Virus record (IMG/VR): IMGVR_UViG_3300028048_003124
DNA from: a virus
Taxonomy: Duplodnaviria; Caudoviricetes
Length of the DNA: 64,000 nt
Strand: one strand, 5' to 3'
How positions within the stretch are numbered: position 1 is the first letter of the stretch; each line of letters begins with the position of its first letter. Under the pieces are notes generated by a model. That model did no database searches. It was not told the origin of the DNA and worked only from the letters and a program-made list of their open reading frames with translations. A program made the position numbers and the translations under genes. Below are positions 10,056 through 19,478 of the stretch, one piece after another.

Positions 10056-11720
10056 GTGGCAACTGATGATAAAAACATCTATGAAGAAATGGATGAAGTA
10101 TCTTCAACCACTATACCTGCCGATTCTGATACCGACGAAGTTGAAGCCATAATTGAAAATGAAGATAGTCCAGTTTTGGATGTATCTGGAGTAGATTTGG
10201 GAGACTTTCAGGTAGACGAGTCGGAAGATAATGATGACGATGTAATCTCATCTGAGGAGCGGCTTAGACTGTTCTCAGATGAGATTTTATCCAGTTGTAT
10301 TCAGGGTAAATCTATTTCTCGCTATGCTTTAGAGAAGCTATTGTCTATTACAAATCCTAGGCTTTTTAGGGATGAGAATTATATTCTGTTCTCTATATAC
10401 TTCTTCTATAGGAGTAAGCTAAAGCTTATAACTATTGATTCGGAGTTTATCAAACTGTTTTTAACAAGAAATAGAAAGCTCTTAAAGAGGTCTAGAGGGT
10501 ACATAGATATCAATGCTTATGGCGAGGTCGATGGCTCTAACGAACTAGGGTATATTTCTGGAGTTATAAAGCATTTCAATAGGCTTAAGGCTATGCCAGA
10601 AATATCTGTAGATGAGTTTGAGACCTATTTTGAAAAATACCTTATAGAGTTCAAAGCAATTGAAGCAGCAAAGGTATATCGGCAGTGTCAACAGATATTA
10701 ACTGACGGGCTGAAGATAGGTCGCAAGACTTATGTAGGTTTTGAAGATAGTCAAAGCTATTGTAAAAAGTGCCTTGCTGAGATAGAAGGTCTTGTGGATA
10801 CCAACATGGGTACTGGTTTTGTCAAAATGTCGGAGGTACTTTTAGACGAGAAGCCTGATAACAAAAAGCCTGTTAAAATAGGCGATTTTGGGCGTATTGC
10901 TCCGTTAAACGAAGCATACGGGGGTATATATACAGGAATGTTTTATTCCTTTATAGCACCTCCAAAATCGGGCAAATCGAAGCTATCTGCACGTATTTGT
11001 CATAACGTAGCTGTTGTAGCAGGAAACAATGTGACGGTATGGGCACAGGAGGGTGGTCATGAGATGTGGACAGCCCAGATGAGGGCTATACATTTTGACT
11101 ACATTTATAATACTGGTGTTGATGTTGTTAGCAGAAAGTTCGGTGTAACACAGGAAGTGATTATGCACGATTCTTTCAAATCTGATGAATTAAGGCAGTT
11201 AGAGCTGTCTAGTAAGTTAGACCTTGCTACAAATCAAGATTATGGAAGTATCGACTACATAGATAGACCTTTCAACGTCGAGACTTTTATAGAGGATATA
11301 GACACCTCGGTAAAAGAAAACAATAGTAAGTTGGTTATTATTGACTATTTACAGTTGATAGGTTCAGCCAACGGGGTATCTGAAAGAGAAAGAATTGCTA
11401 ATGCTTATAAAGAACTATTAAAGTATTGTAAGCAGAGTAATGTTGCCGTGATAAGTCCTGCACAGTTCAAGCAGGAGTCTTTTAACGATCTTATAAGCAA
11501 GAAAACCGTGGACGGAAGTGATCTGCGTACAGCAGCAGGTGGTTCATCAGAGGTATTAAGAACACCTGATATTCTATTTGCATTGTGGGCAAGTGTTACA
11601 GACTTGCAGAACAATAGTATGAAGATTATTTCTCTCCCATCTCGTATGAACAAAACTTTCCCGAATATAGATATGAGGATTGATTTAGCGACGTGTCAAT
11701 TCATATCTGTAGATGGGTAA
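10056..11720 (+). CDS. dnaB: DnaB-like replicative helicase with acidic N-terminal extension
   Basis: Walker A APPKSGKS; LVIIDYLQLI; SPAQ motif. Confidence 0.85.
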   Translation: MATDDKNIYEEMDEVSSTTIPADSDTDEVEAIIENEDSPVLDVSGVDLGDFQVDESEDNDDDVISSEERLRLFSDEILSSCIQGKSISRYALEKLLSITNPRLFRDENYILFSIYFFYRSKLKLITIDSEFIKLFLTRNRKLLKRSRGYIDINAYGEVDGSNELGYISGVIKHFNRLKAMPEISVDEFETYFEKYLIEFKAIEAAKVYRQCQQILTDGLKIGRKTYVGFEDSQSYCKKCLAEIEGLVDTNMGTGFVKMSEVLLDEKPDNKKPVKIGDFGRIAPLNEAYGGIYTGMFYSFIAPPKSGKSKLSARICHNVAVVAGNNVTVWAQEGGHEMWTAQMRAIHFDYIYNTGVDVVSRKFGVTQEVIMHDSFKSDELRQLELSSKLDLATNQDYGSIDYIDRPFNVETFIEDIDTSVKENNSKLVIIDYLQLIGSANGVSERERIANAYKELLKYCKQSNVAVISPAQFKQESFNDLISKKTVDGSDLRTAAGGSSEVLRTPDILFALWASVTDLQNNSMKIISLPSRMNKTFPNIDMRIDLATCQFISVDG

Positions 11721-11733
11721 TATTCAGTTAACG

Positions 11734-11778
11734 AAATGCCGTTTAACTTTGATTATTAAAAGTTAAACGGCATTTTTT
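11734..11778 (+). terminator. Rho-independent terminator
   Basis: AAATGCCGTTTAACTTT / AAAGTTAAACGGCATTT perfect stem plus T-run. Confidence 0.9.
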
Positions 11779-11818
11779 ATATTTATATTTATATAGCCAT
11801 CAAGGGGGTTGCTCGTAA

Positions 11819-12358
11819 ATGTTTAATAAACAAGCAATAAAGATTATAGTTATTATAGCAATATTTCTTTTAGTATGTGTTGGTGTGTTTTTTATCTCTA
11901 AGAGTATTGTATATCATACCAGTACAAAGGACGCTTTAAGGACTGTTGTGGAATTACCAACAGAGAAAGAAATCTCAAGGGTAGATATTGTAAATAATAC
12001 TAGTCTCAAGGATGTAAAAGACTATTGGGGTAGTAAGATTTCAATAGAAAGTGATAAAGATGTTATATATGATGTAGCAAGTAAGTATTCAGTTATGTTA
12101 TTAAGTTGTAATGAATCTCCTTATAAAGAAATAGGAGATAGTTATGATATATATGAGAAAGACAGTTCTATAGTTGTAGCAATAGATTGCGGTAGTTATG
12201 GAAAGATAGAGGTAATGTGTTCTACATACTCTGGAGTACCTATGGGTTTTGTAAGGAATGGTAGTTTTTCAGATGATGAATTGGATTTCATCAGCCTATA
12301 CTTGGGTAATAAGGCTATAGTAAAGAAGTTAGACGGTGATGTTTATGGTGCATGGTAA
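11819..12358 (+). CDS. N-terminally membrane-anchored protein (partner of lysozyme copy 1)
   Basis: N-terminal TM; paralogous to 13556..14086 (SPY, YD.Y, V.CS..., DG.Y). Confidence 0.75.
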   Translation: MFNKQAIKIIVIIAIFLLVCVGVFFISKSIVYHTSTKDALRTVVELPTEKEISRVDIVNNTSLKDVKDYWGSKISIESDKDVIYDVASKYSVMLLSCNESPYKEIGDSYDIYEKDSSIVVAIDCGSYGKIEVMCSTYSGVPMGFVRNGSFSDDELDFISLYLGNKAIVKKLDGDVYGAW

Positions 12359-13538
12359 ATGTTTAAAAGCGGCATGTATAATGTTATTTCTAATGATATT
12401 GTTTGTACTTTTAATTACTCAAGTAGGCGCTATGAATTTATATTGTGCAGGTAATACATATACAGGTAAATACGATTTATCGAAGCCCCACGAGGTAAAT
12501 GTTCACTCAGATGAGGAGACAAGGAACAATAATATGAAGGCATGGTACCAACAGATGCTAGCATGGGGTTACACAGAAGAAGGGGCAGCTGCTGTGTTAG
12601 GAAACTGCGCCAGAGAGTGTGGTTTCGGTGAAGCTGATATAACGCAAGGTGGCGTAGATTGGGAAGACTTTGTTTATGGAGGAACAGGTCTGGGTATGTG
12701 CCAGTGGACTTTTTATGCTCGTCAAGACTTGCTTTTTGATACTGCATATGATATGGGTAAACAGTGGACGGACTTGGGGGTACAATTAGTAGTTTTTGAT
12801 AAGGAGTTTAATGGTAGCTCAACTGTAGAGGAGTTTAAAACATCTCATGATTTATATGCTTTAACTGTACGCTTTTGTGATGACTATGAAAACCCTAAGA
12901 ATGATGATGGTTCAGAGTACCCAAGAAGATATGAATACGCCCAACAGTATTTAGATATGTGTAAGGGTTTAAAGGCTAAGGATTATGATGGAGTATTTGA
13001 TACATCAAGTACATCATCAAGTGAAGGAAAAGCAGATACATCAATAGGCATACTAAGTGAATGGGAGTTAACGGGTATGCCTGTTAAAAGTGGGTTAACT
13101 GCTAATATCGGGACTTTGGAATTAGGGGATAGAAGTAGCTTAAACGCAACTGATATGGTAAATATAGCATCAATAGGTGACGATATATCTTTGACAAAAA
13201 CTTATAACGCATGGACAACGGTTAGGGTAATTATAGTGTTTGTAGGTTTATTGATGTTGATTTATGCCTTGATGCTTATGTTAGCATTGTTTGTAGACAA
13301 ATTTAACAATATATTTGATTTTTCTATGATAGGTATAATTACTTTTGGTGCTATTCATTTTTCTGATGATAAGTATTCTAGCAATGGAGAAGAAGATGTG
13401 GTAAGAACAACAGATACAAAAAGAATGGTGATATTGATAATTGCAATAGCACTGATAGGTGGTATATTGGTGTCTGGCGGTGTTTTGCCTTTCATATTAA
13501 GGGCTGTATACAAAGTAACCAGTGCAATAACTGGGTAA
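12336..13538 (+). CDS. Phage tail lysozyme-like (Phage_lysozyme2) muramidase with signal peptide and C-terminal TM helices
   Basis: AAAVLGNCARE, G.GMCQWT, YENP...R...A; hydrophobic N-terminus; 2-3 C-terminal TM segments; start may be ATG 12345. Confidence 0.8.
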   Translation: MMFMVHGKCLKAACIMLFLMILFVLLITQVGAMNLYCAGNTYTGKYDLSKPHEVNVHSDEETRNNNMKAWYQQMLAWGYTEEGAAAVLGNCARECGFGEADITQGGVDWEDFVYGGTGLGMCQWTFYARQDLLFDTAYDMGKQWTDLGVQLVVFDKEFNGSSTVEEFKTSHDLYALTVRFCDDYENPKNDDGSEYPRRYEYAQQYLDMCKGLKAKDYDGVFDTSSTSSSEGKADTSIGILSEWELTGMPVKSGLTANIGTLELGDRSSLNATDMVNIASIGDDISLTKTYNAWTTVRVIIVFVGLLMLIYALMLMLALFVDKFNNIFDFSMIGIITFGAIHFSDDKYSSNGEEDVVRTTDTKRMVILIIAIALIGGILVSGGVLPFILRAVYKVTSAITG

Positions 13539-13555
13539 TTTTAAGGGGTGTTATT

Positions 13556-14086
13556 ATGGATGAAAAAAGGAAGAAAATACTAATAAAGGTGGGATTAGCT
13601 CTGATACTCATAGCCTTAATAGGCTTGGTAGCAAATGCAATAACACGCAGTGTAATGGAAAGGAGTTATTCTACATCAAAAGAGTTTCGTGATGATGCTG
13701 TCGAAGATGTAAAGGTAGTTAATGGTAAGGATAAGGATGAGGTTCTTGCAAAAATAAATAGTGGAGTTTATGGAGAAATAGATGATATAGGAAAGGCTTG
13801 TGAGGAGAATACGCTAAGCTTTTTATCAATAGTAGGATCGCCGTACTTAAAGTATATAGCGGATTGTACTTATGACGTGTATAAAATAAAAGCAGGGTAT
13901 GCTATAAAAATATCATTTAGTGAAGGTAATGAGTTGAAGGTACTATGTTCCGATACAACTGCCATCCCTGTTAACTTTATAAAAGAAAAAGAGTTCTCCG
14001 AGGAAGAGAAAAAGTTCTTCCATAGTATAGGAAAATGTTGGGAGGTGCCTTTACCTGATGGTACATACTCAATCCAATATAGGTAA
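13556..14086 (+). CDS. N-terminally membrane-anchored protein (partner of lysozyme copy 2)
   Basis: N-terminal TM; paralog of 11819..12358. Confidence 0.75.
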   Translation: MDEKRKKILIKVGLALILIALIGLVANAITRSVMERSYSTSKEFRDDAVEDVKVVNGKDKDEVLAKINSGVYGEIDDIGKACEENTLSFLSIVGSPYLKYIADCTYDVYKIKAGYAIKISFSEGNELKVLCSDTTAIPVNFIKEKEFSEEEKKFFHSIGKCWEVPLPDGTYSIQYR

Positions 14087-15278
14087 TATATCAAAAAGGG
14101 TATTATCTTTTATACTTGTATTTTTAATAATAGGTATAATGACTGCCCAATACTGTAGTGTCGGTGCTGTAAATAAAGGCTCTTATAGTGGTAAGTATGA
14201 TTTAGATGCTCCTCATGTTGTAAATATGCAATACAATCCATATACAAATACATACGATGAGGCTAAATGTGATGCGAACTTAGCAGCTTGTTATCAACAG
14301 TTTTTAGCGTGGGGTTTAACAAAGAATGCAGCTATAGCCATAGTTGGTAACTTTAGGGCAGAAGGTTGCGGTGGTACAGATACAACGGAGGGTTGGTCTG
14401 ACTGGGATGATTTTACATTCGGCTCAACGGGTATAGGCTTGATGGGCTTTACTTGGTGGGAATTACAGGAATTGCTATTCGATAATGCCTATGATATGGG
14501 TGTACAGTGGATGGATGTTGGAGCACAGTTAAAAACAATAAAAGATTATTATTTCCCCTTAAAGGATATGTACTATGAAGAAGGGTACAGTATAGATGAG
14601 TTAGCGGCTGATTTTTGTATAGCTTATGAGAGACCTGCGGTTAACAACACATCAGATAGAGCTAGTTATGCCCTCCAGTATTTTGATAAATTTAAAGACC
14701 TACCAGCAAAGGACTATGATGGTTCATTAGCAGATTATTCCGCAAATGGTAAAACTACAGAAAGCGGTACATTGACTGGCGATGGTTCAACAGAGTGGGA
14801 CTTAGTGGGTATGCCTGCAAAAAGTAACTTAACTGCAGAGGCAGCATTAGGTGATGTGAAGTTTGTCACTGTAGATAATATAGAAGATGTAACGCAAAGG
14901 TATAGTGTTGCGGTTATAAAAGAAGATATAGAATCTCTCAAGAGCTTTAATGCATGGACAACTGCTAGGACTATTGTTGTCTTTTTCGGTTTATTGTTGC
15001 TAATATATTCATTATTGTTATTGTTGGCTATGCTTTTTGATAAGCTAAACAATATAATAGATATATCCCTAGTAGGGGTACTTACCTTTGGGTTAATAAA
15101 GTTTTCAGATGATAAAGAGATTGGTGAAGAAAGTGAGGCGAAGGGCAATTTTATAAATACAAGGAAGATGGTTATAGTGATAATTGTTATTGCTTTTGTA
15201 GGCGGTGTTTTAGTAGCCGGAGGTGTAGTACCTTTCATAATGAAGAGCGTATATAAAATCACCAACGGGCTAAGTTAG
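14058..15278 (+). CDS. Phage tail lysozyme-like protein, membrane-anchored, copy 2
   Basis: AIAIVGNFRAE, YERP..R..YA; shares GKYDL..PH.VN, EW.L.GMP.KS.LTA, NAWTT.R with copy 1. Confidence 0.8.
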   Translation: MVHTQSNIGNISKRVLSFILVFLIIGIMTAQYCSVGAVNKGSYSGKYDLDAPHVVNMQYNPYTNTYDEAKCDANLAACYQQFLAWGLTKNAAIAIVGNFRAEGCGGTDTTEGWSDWDDFTFGSTGIGLMGFTWWELQELLFDNAYDMGVQWMDVGAQLKTIKDYYFPLKDMYYEEGYSIDELAADFCIAYERPAVNNTSDRASYALQYFDKFKDLPAKDYDGSLADYSANGKTTESGTLTGDGSTEWDLVGMPAKSNLTAEAALGDVKFVTVDNIEDVTQRYSVAVIKEDIESLKSFNAWTTARTIVVFFGLLLLIYSLLLLLAMLFDKLNNIIDISLVGVLTFGLIKFSDDKEIGEESEAKGNFINTRKMVIVIIVIAFVGGVLVAGGVVPFIMKSVYKITNGLS

Positions 15279-15383
15279 TATTACAGAAGTCAGGTTATTT
15301 TTTGTGATATGAGACCCTAGATGGGTAACTTATATAAATATCTATGTAGGTTAAAATTATTTTATTTTTGGAGGAGATATATT

Positions 15384-16019
15384 ATGCCAAATAATGAAGC
15401 GTTAATGGCAGCAGCTCAACAGTTTGCAAACAATCTGAGTAAGTATCCTGAAGAGGAGCAGATGGCGGTTTCTTTAATTTCAAAGAACGTGCTTAATGGA
15501 TGCTCTTGGGAGCTCACTAGAAACAATGGTGATATCAGAAAGATGAGAGACAGTTTCCTCAGCAATCCCAATACTGACATCAAGGAGATTACCTATAGTC
15601 ACAGCAAGAAGATTACAGGTTTTCTGGTATATATGAAGCTTGATAGATTGATTGGTATTCTCCAGAAGGAAGCTCTGGGGGTATTCGATAAGAAGGCTCT
15701 CGATGGCGCAATGAACCATAGAAGAGAAGCTGTAGCTTCGTGTGCAAAGTTAATGGATAAGGGTTACAAGGGAAGAATTGGTATGTTCTGCACTAATGAT
15801 TCCAAGACAATCACTGTAGATGGTCGTTCTTATCCTGCATTTGCCCTTACTCTTGACGAGTTGTGTTCCATTTGTGCAAACAAGGGATATGGTTTTGCGG
15901 TAGGAAGTACTGTTAGAACTCCTGACGAGGTTAGAGCCCATTTGGATGCGGTACTCAAGGCTTGTATCGTTGCACCGAGTAGTAATGCTGTTTTCATTGA
16001 TATCGCTCCGATGAGATGA
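15384..16019 (+). CDS. Hypothetical protein, probably highly expressed
   Basis: GGAGGAG RBS before ATG 15384 (preferred over 15321); C-ending codon bias; terminator follows. Confidence 0.75.
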   Translation: MPNNEALMAAAQQFANNLSKYPEEEQMAVSLISKNVLNGCSWELTRNNGDIRKMRDSFLSNPNTDIKEITYSHSKKITGFLVYMKLDRLIGILQKEALGVFDKKALDGAMNHRREAVASCAKLMDKGYKGRIGMFCTNDSKTITVDGRSYPAFALTLDELCSICANKGYGFAVGSTVRTPDEVRAHLDAVLKACIVAPSSNAVFIDIAPMR

Positions 16020-16031
16020 TTATTACCTATG

Positions 16032-16065
16032 ATAAGCCATCACTATATGTGATGGCTTATTTTTT
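16032..16065 (+). terminator. Rho-independent terminator
   Basis: ATAAGCCATCAC / GTGATGGCTTAT plus T-run. Confidence 0.9.
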
Positions 16066-16086
16066 ATTTGTTATAAATTTAAGGGG

Positions 16087-16614
16087 TTGTATTTGTACAT
16101 GGAGAAAACTACTTTAAGTACATATTTTTCTATAGTAGAGTACTATAAAAAGGTTGTACAGCCGTTAAATCCTGCTCACTACAGAATAAAATCAGATAAA
16201 ATGATGGTATGTCCTCTTCACGATGATGTAAACCCATCAATGGGTATAATTCTGAATGGAAAAGGTGAGGAATTATACCATTGCTTTGGTTGCAATAGAT
16301 GGGGTAATATTGTAGAGTTGCATAAAGCTGTAAGCAGAAGATTATTCAAAAAGTATTTATCTGATGATGAGGCTCTAAAAGACTTATGTAGGGTATTTAA
16401 TGTTGACTATGTTTTAGTTTCTGATAGCATACAAGAGTCTGAAAAGGATGAAGATATTCGTCAAGAGGTTGCTATACGTGAAGCGATGGATCGCTTTGAT
16501 ATTGCCGATTATCAGAGGATGTTTACGGAGGGTAAACTGAAGAAAAAACCCATTGCGTATTTTAATACGCTAACTATGATGATGATAGCTGAGATGAAGG
16601 AGTCCGAGTCTTGA
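16087..16614 (+). CDS. Stand-alone CHC2 zinc-finger protein (DnaG primase N-terminal module)
   Basis: CPLHDDVNPSM...YHCFGCNRWGNIV; no TOPRIM domain. Confidence 0.85.
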   Translation: MYLYMEKTTLSTYFSIVEYYKKVVQPLNPAHYRIKSDKMMVCPLHDDVNPSMGIILNGKGEELYHCFGCNRWGNIVELHKAVSRRLFKKYLSDDEALKDLCRVFNVDYVLVSDSIQESEKDEDIRQEVAIREAMDRFDIADYQRMFTEGKLKKKPIAYFNTLTMMMIAEMKESES

Positions 16615-16832
16615 ATATAAACATTAAAAAGTACAGGTTAAACAATAATTACTTTATAAAGTGTTCAGAAGTCAAAATAAAGAGTGGTAGCTCTTTGTAC
16701 GCAGTTGAGGTTTTCTGTCATGGAGAAGTAGTAGACGGAAGGTCTGGGATTGCTTGAAAAGATATAGCAAATGATGTGTTTTGTAGGTTAAGGGATAAAT
16801 ACATACACAAGATAAATATTGGTGTAGCGTAA
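16611..16832 (+). pseudogene. Small ORF (73 codons) interrupted by one in-frame TGA at 16755-16757
   Basis: AAGGAG RBS, TTG start overlapping the previous stop; frame continues past the TGA to a TAA that fills the gap to the next gene. Confidence 0.5.
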
Positions 16833-16839
16833 TTTATAG

Positions 16840-17835
16840 GTGATTGTTATGGATGATATTACAATGGATTTCAGTATAGATGATATTTTAAAAGATGAGC
16901 AGGAAGATTCCGATACAGAGGATGTACAAGATGGGGAAACTGTTTCCTTTTCTGAATTATCGGAGGATGTAATAGTGCCAAAGAAAGGTGTATTCTTGGG
17001 GCTAGATATATCTCAAAACTCATCGGGTATTTGCTTATATGTGGATGGTATTAAAACCACGTTCAATGCATCAGTAGAATACAAAGAGGGTAACCCTCAT
17101 GCTGAGGCTTTGATGAGAAAACAGTTAAAGGAAGATTTACTGGAAGTAATAGAGGGTCGACAGTTAGACTTAATCGTTATAGAGGACGTATTTGAGGGAA
17201 GCAATGCTGAGGTTGTAAGAAAGTTATATGCCTTAAACACTGCTATAGATGATTTAATTCTAGATGGTAAAGTTTCTTGCAAAGAGTTTGTAAGGGTACA
17301 GAATGGTACTTGGAAGAGTTGGCTTTCGGTAGTAGATAGCTCAGGAGAGTTTAAGGGCTTTAATGATAAAGAGAAAATCAAAGGGTACTTAAGTATGCTA
17401 GGGGTTGTAGAAGAAGGTAAAGGTTTTCAAGATAGATTAGATGCCACGGGTATGCTAATAGGATATTTCTTAAAAAAATCTGAGGGAGATATTGAGAAGT
17501 CCTCAAAAAAGAAAGGAATACGAGTAAACTTAAAGGATATTTCTTCTGCCTACGAAGTAGACCCTGATTTAATAGTAATGGAGGCTGCTTACGGCGAGGA
17601 AGATGCAAAGGTAATTTACATAAATGATAAAAAACTAACGAAGAAATCAATAGTAGAGTATATGTCCTCGGATATTTCTGCCATTTTTGTATCTAGTAAT
17701 CCTATAAAAATAGGGTTATTGGCTGATACTTTAAACCTACCCACAATTGAAGAAGGTGGGTACTTTGGTTTTTGGTTGGATAGTAAGGCGAGGAAAAAGT
17801 ATCAGAAAAGATTAGATAAACTTAAAGAGAGTTGA
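16840..17835 (+). CDS. ruvC: RuvC-like Holliday junction resolvase with acidic N-terminus and C-terminal extension
   Basis: FLGLDISQNSSG, LIVIED, TWKS, DRLDA. Confidence 0.75.
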   Translation: MIVMDDITMDFSIDDILKDEQEDSDTEDVQDGETVSFSELSEDVIVPKKGVFLGLDISQNSSGICLYVDGIKTTFNASVEYKEGNPHAEALMRKQLKEDLLEVIEGRQLDLIVIEDVFEGSNAEVVRKLYALNTAIDDLILDGKVSCKEFVRVQNGTWKSWLSVVDSSGEFKGFNDKEKIKGYLSMLGVVEEGKGFQDRLDATGMLIGYFLKKSEGDIEKSSKKKGIRVNLKDISSAYEVDPDLIVMEAAYGEEDAKVIYINDKKLTKKSIVEYMSSDISAIFVSSNPIKIGLLADTLNLPTIEEGGYFGFWLDSKARKKYQKRLDKLKES

Positions 17836-17841
17836 TATTTT

Positions 17842-18381
17842 ATGAGGTTTGTGGTGTGTACCTATACAAACCAAGATACCTATGTAAAATTAGAACCCAC
17901 CTCTTGTTGTAGGTTAGAAGATTATAGAATAGCTTTAAAAGAAGCATCCTCATCGGGTATTTTTTATGCTAAGACAATATATGATAGCTTTCAAGATAAA
18001 ATAGTTTTTATAAACAAGTATGTATCAGAGTTGGGCAGGTATTTAGGAATAAATCTAATTAATGGCAATGAGAAGGAGAGGTTAGGTTTTATACTAAATT
18101 CTTTCTTTGTTAAGATAGGTGATAGTGCTTGTTTAAAAAGCAAGAGACCTATTGGTATAGATTTAATATACTACGATAAGGAAGGCAACAAGATCTGTAC
18201 TGATCTAGAGGATTTTAAATCTACACGAAAAGATGTATCTTTTTTAGTAGATGGTGTATTAGATGTTTGCAGTTCTATGTATGGAAATGTAAATTCTATT
18301 TATTGGGATTCCTATGGTGATGACGTAGGGTATAGCTTAATTAATGATGAAGTTATAATACGCAAAGGTCATATTTTATAA
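17842..18381 (+). CDS. Hypothetical protein
   Basis: 179-aa ORF closely packed in the operon. Confidence 0.65.
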   Translation: MRFVVCTYTNQDTYVKLEPTSCCRLEDYRIALKEASSSGIFYAKTIYDSFQDKIVFINKYVSELGRYLGINLINGNEKERLGFILNSFFVKIGDSACLKSKRPIGIDLIYYDKEGNKICTDLEDFKSTRKDVSFLVDGVLDVCSSMYGNVNSIYWDSYGDDVGYSLINDEVIIRKGHIL

Positions 18382-18409
18382 ATTTTAAAAGAATTGGAGA
18401 AGTGTAAAA

Positions 18410-18865
18410 ATGGCTGAGAGTAGATTTTGTCAAAACTGCGGTAATAAGGTGGTGAGCGGAGTTCGATTTTGCTCGAATTGCGGGGCTGATTTAGGAGTTC
18501 AGTCTGGTGTAGGCTCTGATAACGTAAATAACGGTAATTTCGTTAATAATAATTTTAATCCTTATTCACAACCGACTAATTATGGGGAGCCTTTTGTATA
18601 TAATGAAACGGTTAATACGTCTTTAGAAAAGGCTAATGACTGGGCGACGTTAGCGTTGGTATTCTCCATATTAGGAATATGGTTTTTACCTTTTACAATA
18701 ACGGGCACTGTTTTTAATGTGAAGGCAAGAAAGGCTAGATCCACAAAGACTGGTTTTCTGATTGCGGCAACTATTTTGAATGTAATAGGTTACATCTTTG
18801 CTTTAATGTGGGCTATAGCTATATCATTCTTTATAGCTCTAATGGTAAATGGACCTTACTATTAA
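18410..18865 (+). CDS. Zinc-ribbon + 2 TM membrane protein
   Basis: FCQNCG...FCSNCG; N-rich linker; two hydrophobic helices. Confidence 0.8.
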   Translation: MAESRFCQNCGNKVVSGVRFCSNCGADLGVQSGVGSDNVNNGNFVNNNFNPYSQPTNYGEPFVYNETVNTSLEKANDWATLALVFSILGIWFLPFTITGTVFNVKARKARSTKTGFLIAATILNVIGYIFALMWAIAISFFIALMVNGPYY

Positions 18866-18889
18866 TAAGTGAGTGAGTGGTGTCGGTAA

Positions 18890-19327
18890 ATGTATGATTA
18901 CAATAATATGAATTACTTGACAGACCAAAATGGGTATTCTCTAGACCCGAATATGGGTATGTATGGCTATCCAGAGGATATAAATCTTGGGATGCCCTAC
19001 CCCATGGGTAATATGCAGGGAATGGCAGGCATGCAAGGCATGCAGGGTGGCTACCCCCAGAACAATGATAACATGGGTGGAATAGCTCCAACCCAGCAGA
19101 GCATAAAGGATTATGTGTGCTTGGCTTCTGGTTGTTACTCTGTAGATGTAGTTGACGAGTTCGAAACTCTTAGGGCGAGACATATATGTGAGGGTACTAA
19201 GTTGATACAGGTATTAAACAGAACTTTTATACCTGTGCCAACAACAAAGGGTATGGTTAATGTTGAGGTATTTTTCTGTCCTATGTGTAGGAAGTTAATC
19301 ATTAATAAGTCCAGCATGATACTCTAA
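18890..19327 (+). CDS. Protein with M/G/Q/N/Y low-complexity N-terminus and Cys-containing C-terminal domain
   Basis: MGNMQGMAGMQGMQGG; C-terminal HIC...FCPMC. Confidence 0.7.
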   Translation: MYDYNNMNYLTDQNGYSLDPNMGMYGYPEDINLGMPYPMGNMQGMAGMQGMQGGYPQNNDNMGGIAPTQQSIKDYVCLASGCYSVDVVDEFETLRARHICEGTKLIQVLNRTFIPVPTTKGMVNVEVFFCPMCRKLIINKSSMIL

Positions 19328-19376
19328 GAAGCTTAGATTTTATTTTTCTGATAAATCAAAAACTTTTTAGAAGGTC

Positions 19377-19405
19377 TTGCAAAATAGAATGATATATGGT
19401 AAGAT
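19377..19405 (+). promoter_or_regulatory. SigA-type extended -10 promoter
   Basis: TTGCAA-N17-TAAGAT with TGG. Confidence 0.7.
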
Positions 19406-19450
19406 AGCATCACAAAATCAATTTAGTTGGTTTTGTGGTGCTTACTTTAT
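19406..19450 (+). terminator. Stem-loop overlapping the predicted transcription start
   Basis: AGCATCACAAAATCAA / TTGGTTTTGTGGTGCT (G-U pairs) followed by TACTTTAT. Confidence 0.55.
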
Positions 19451-19478
19451 TAAAAACAGAAACAAGGAGAAATGACAA

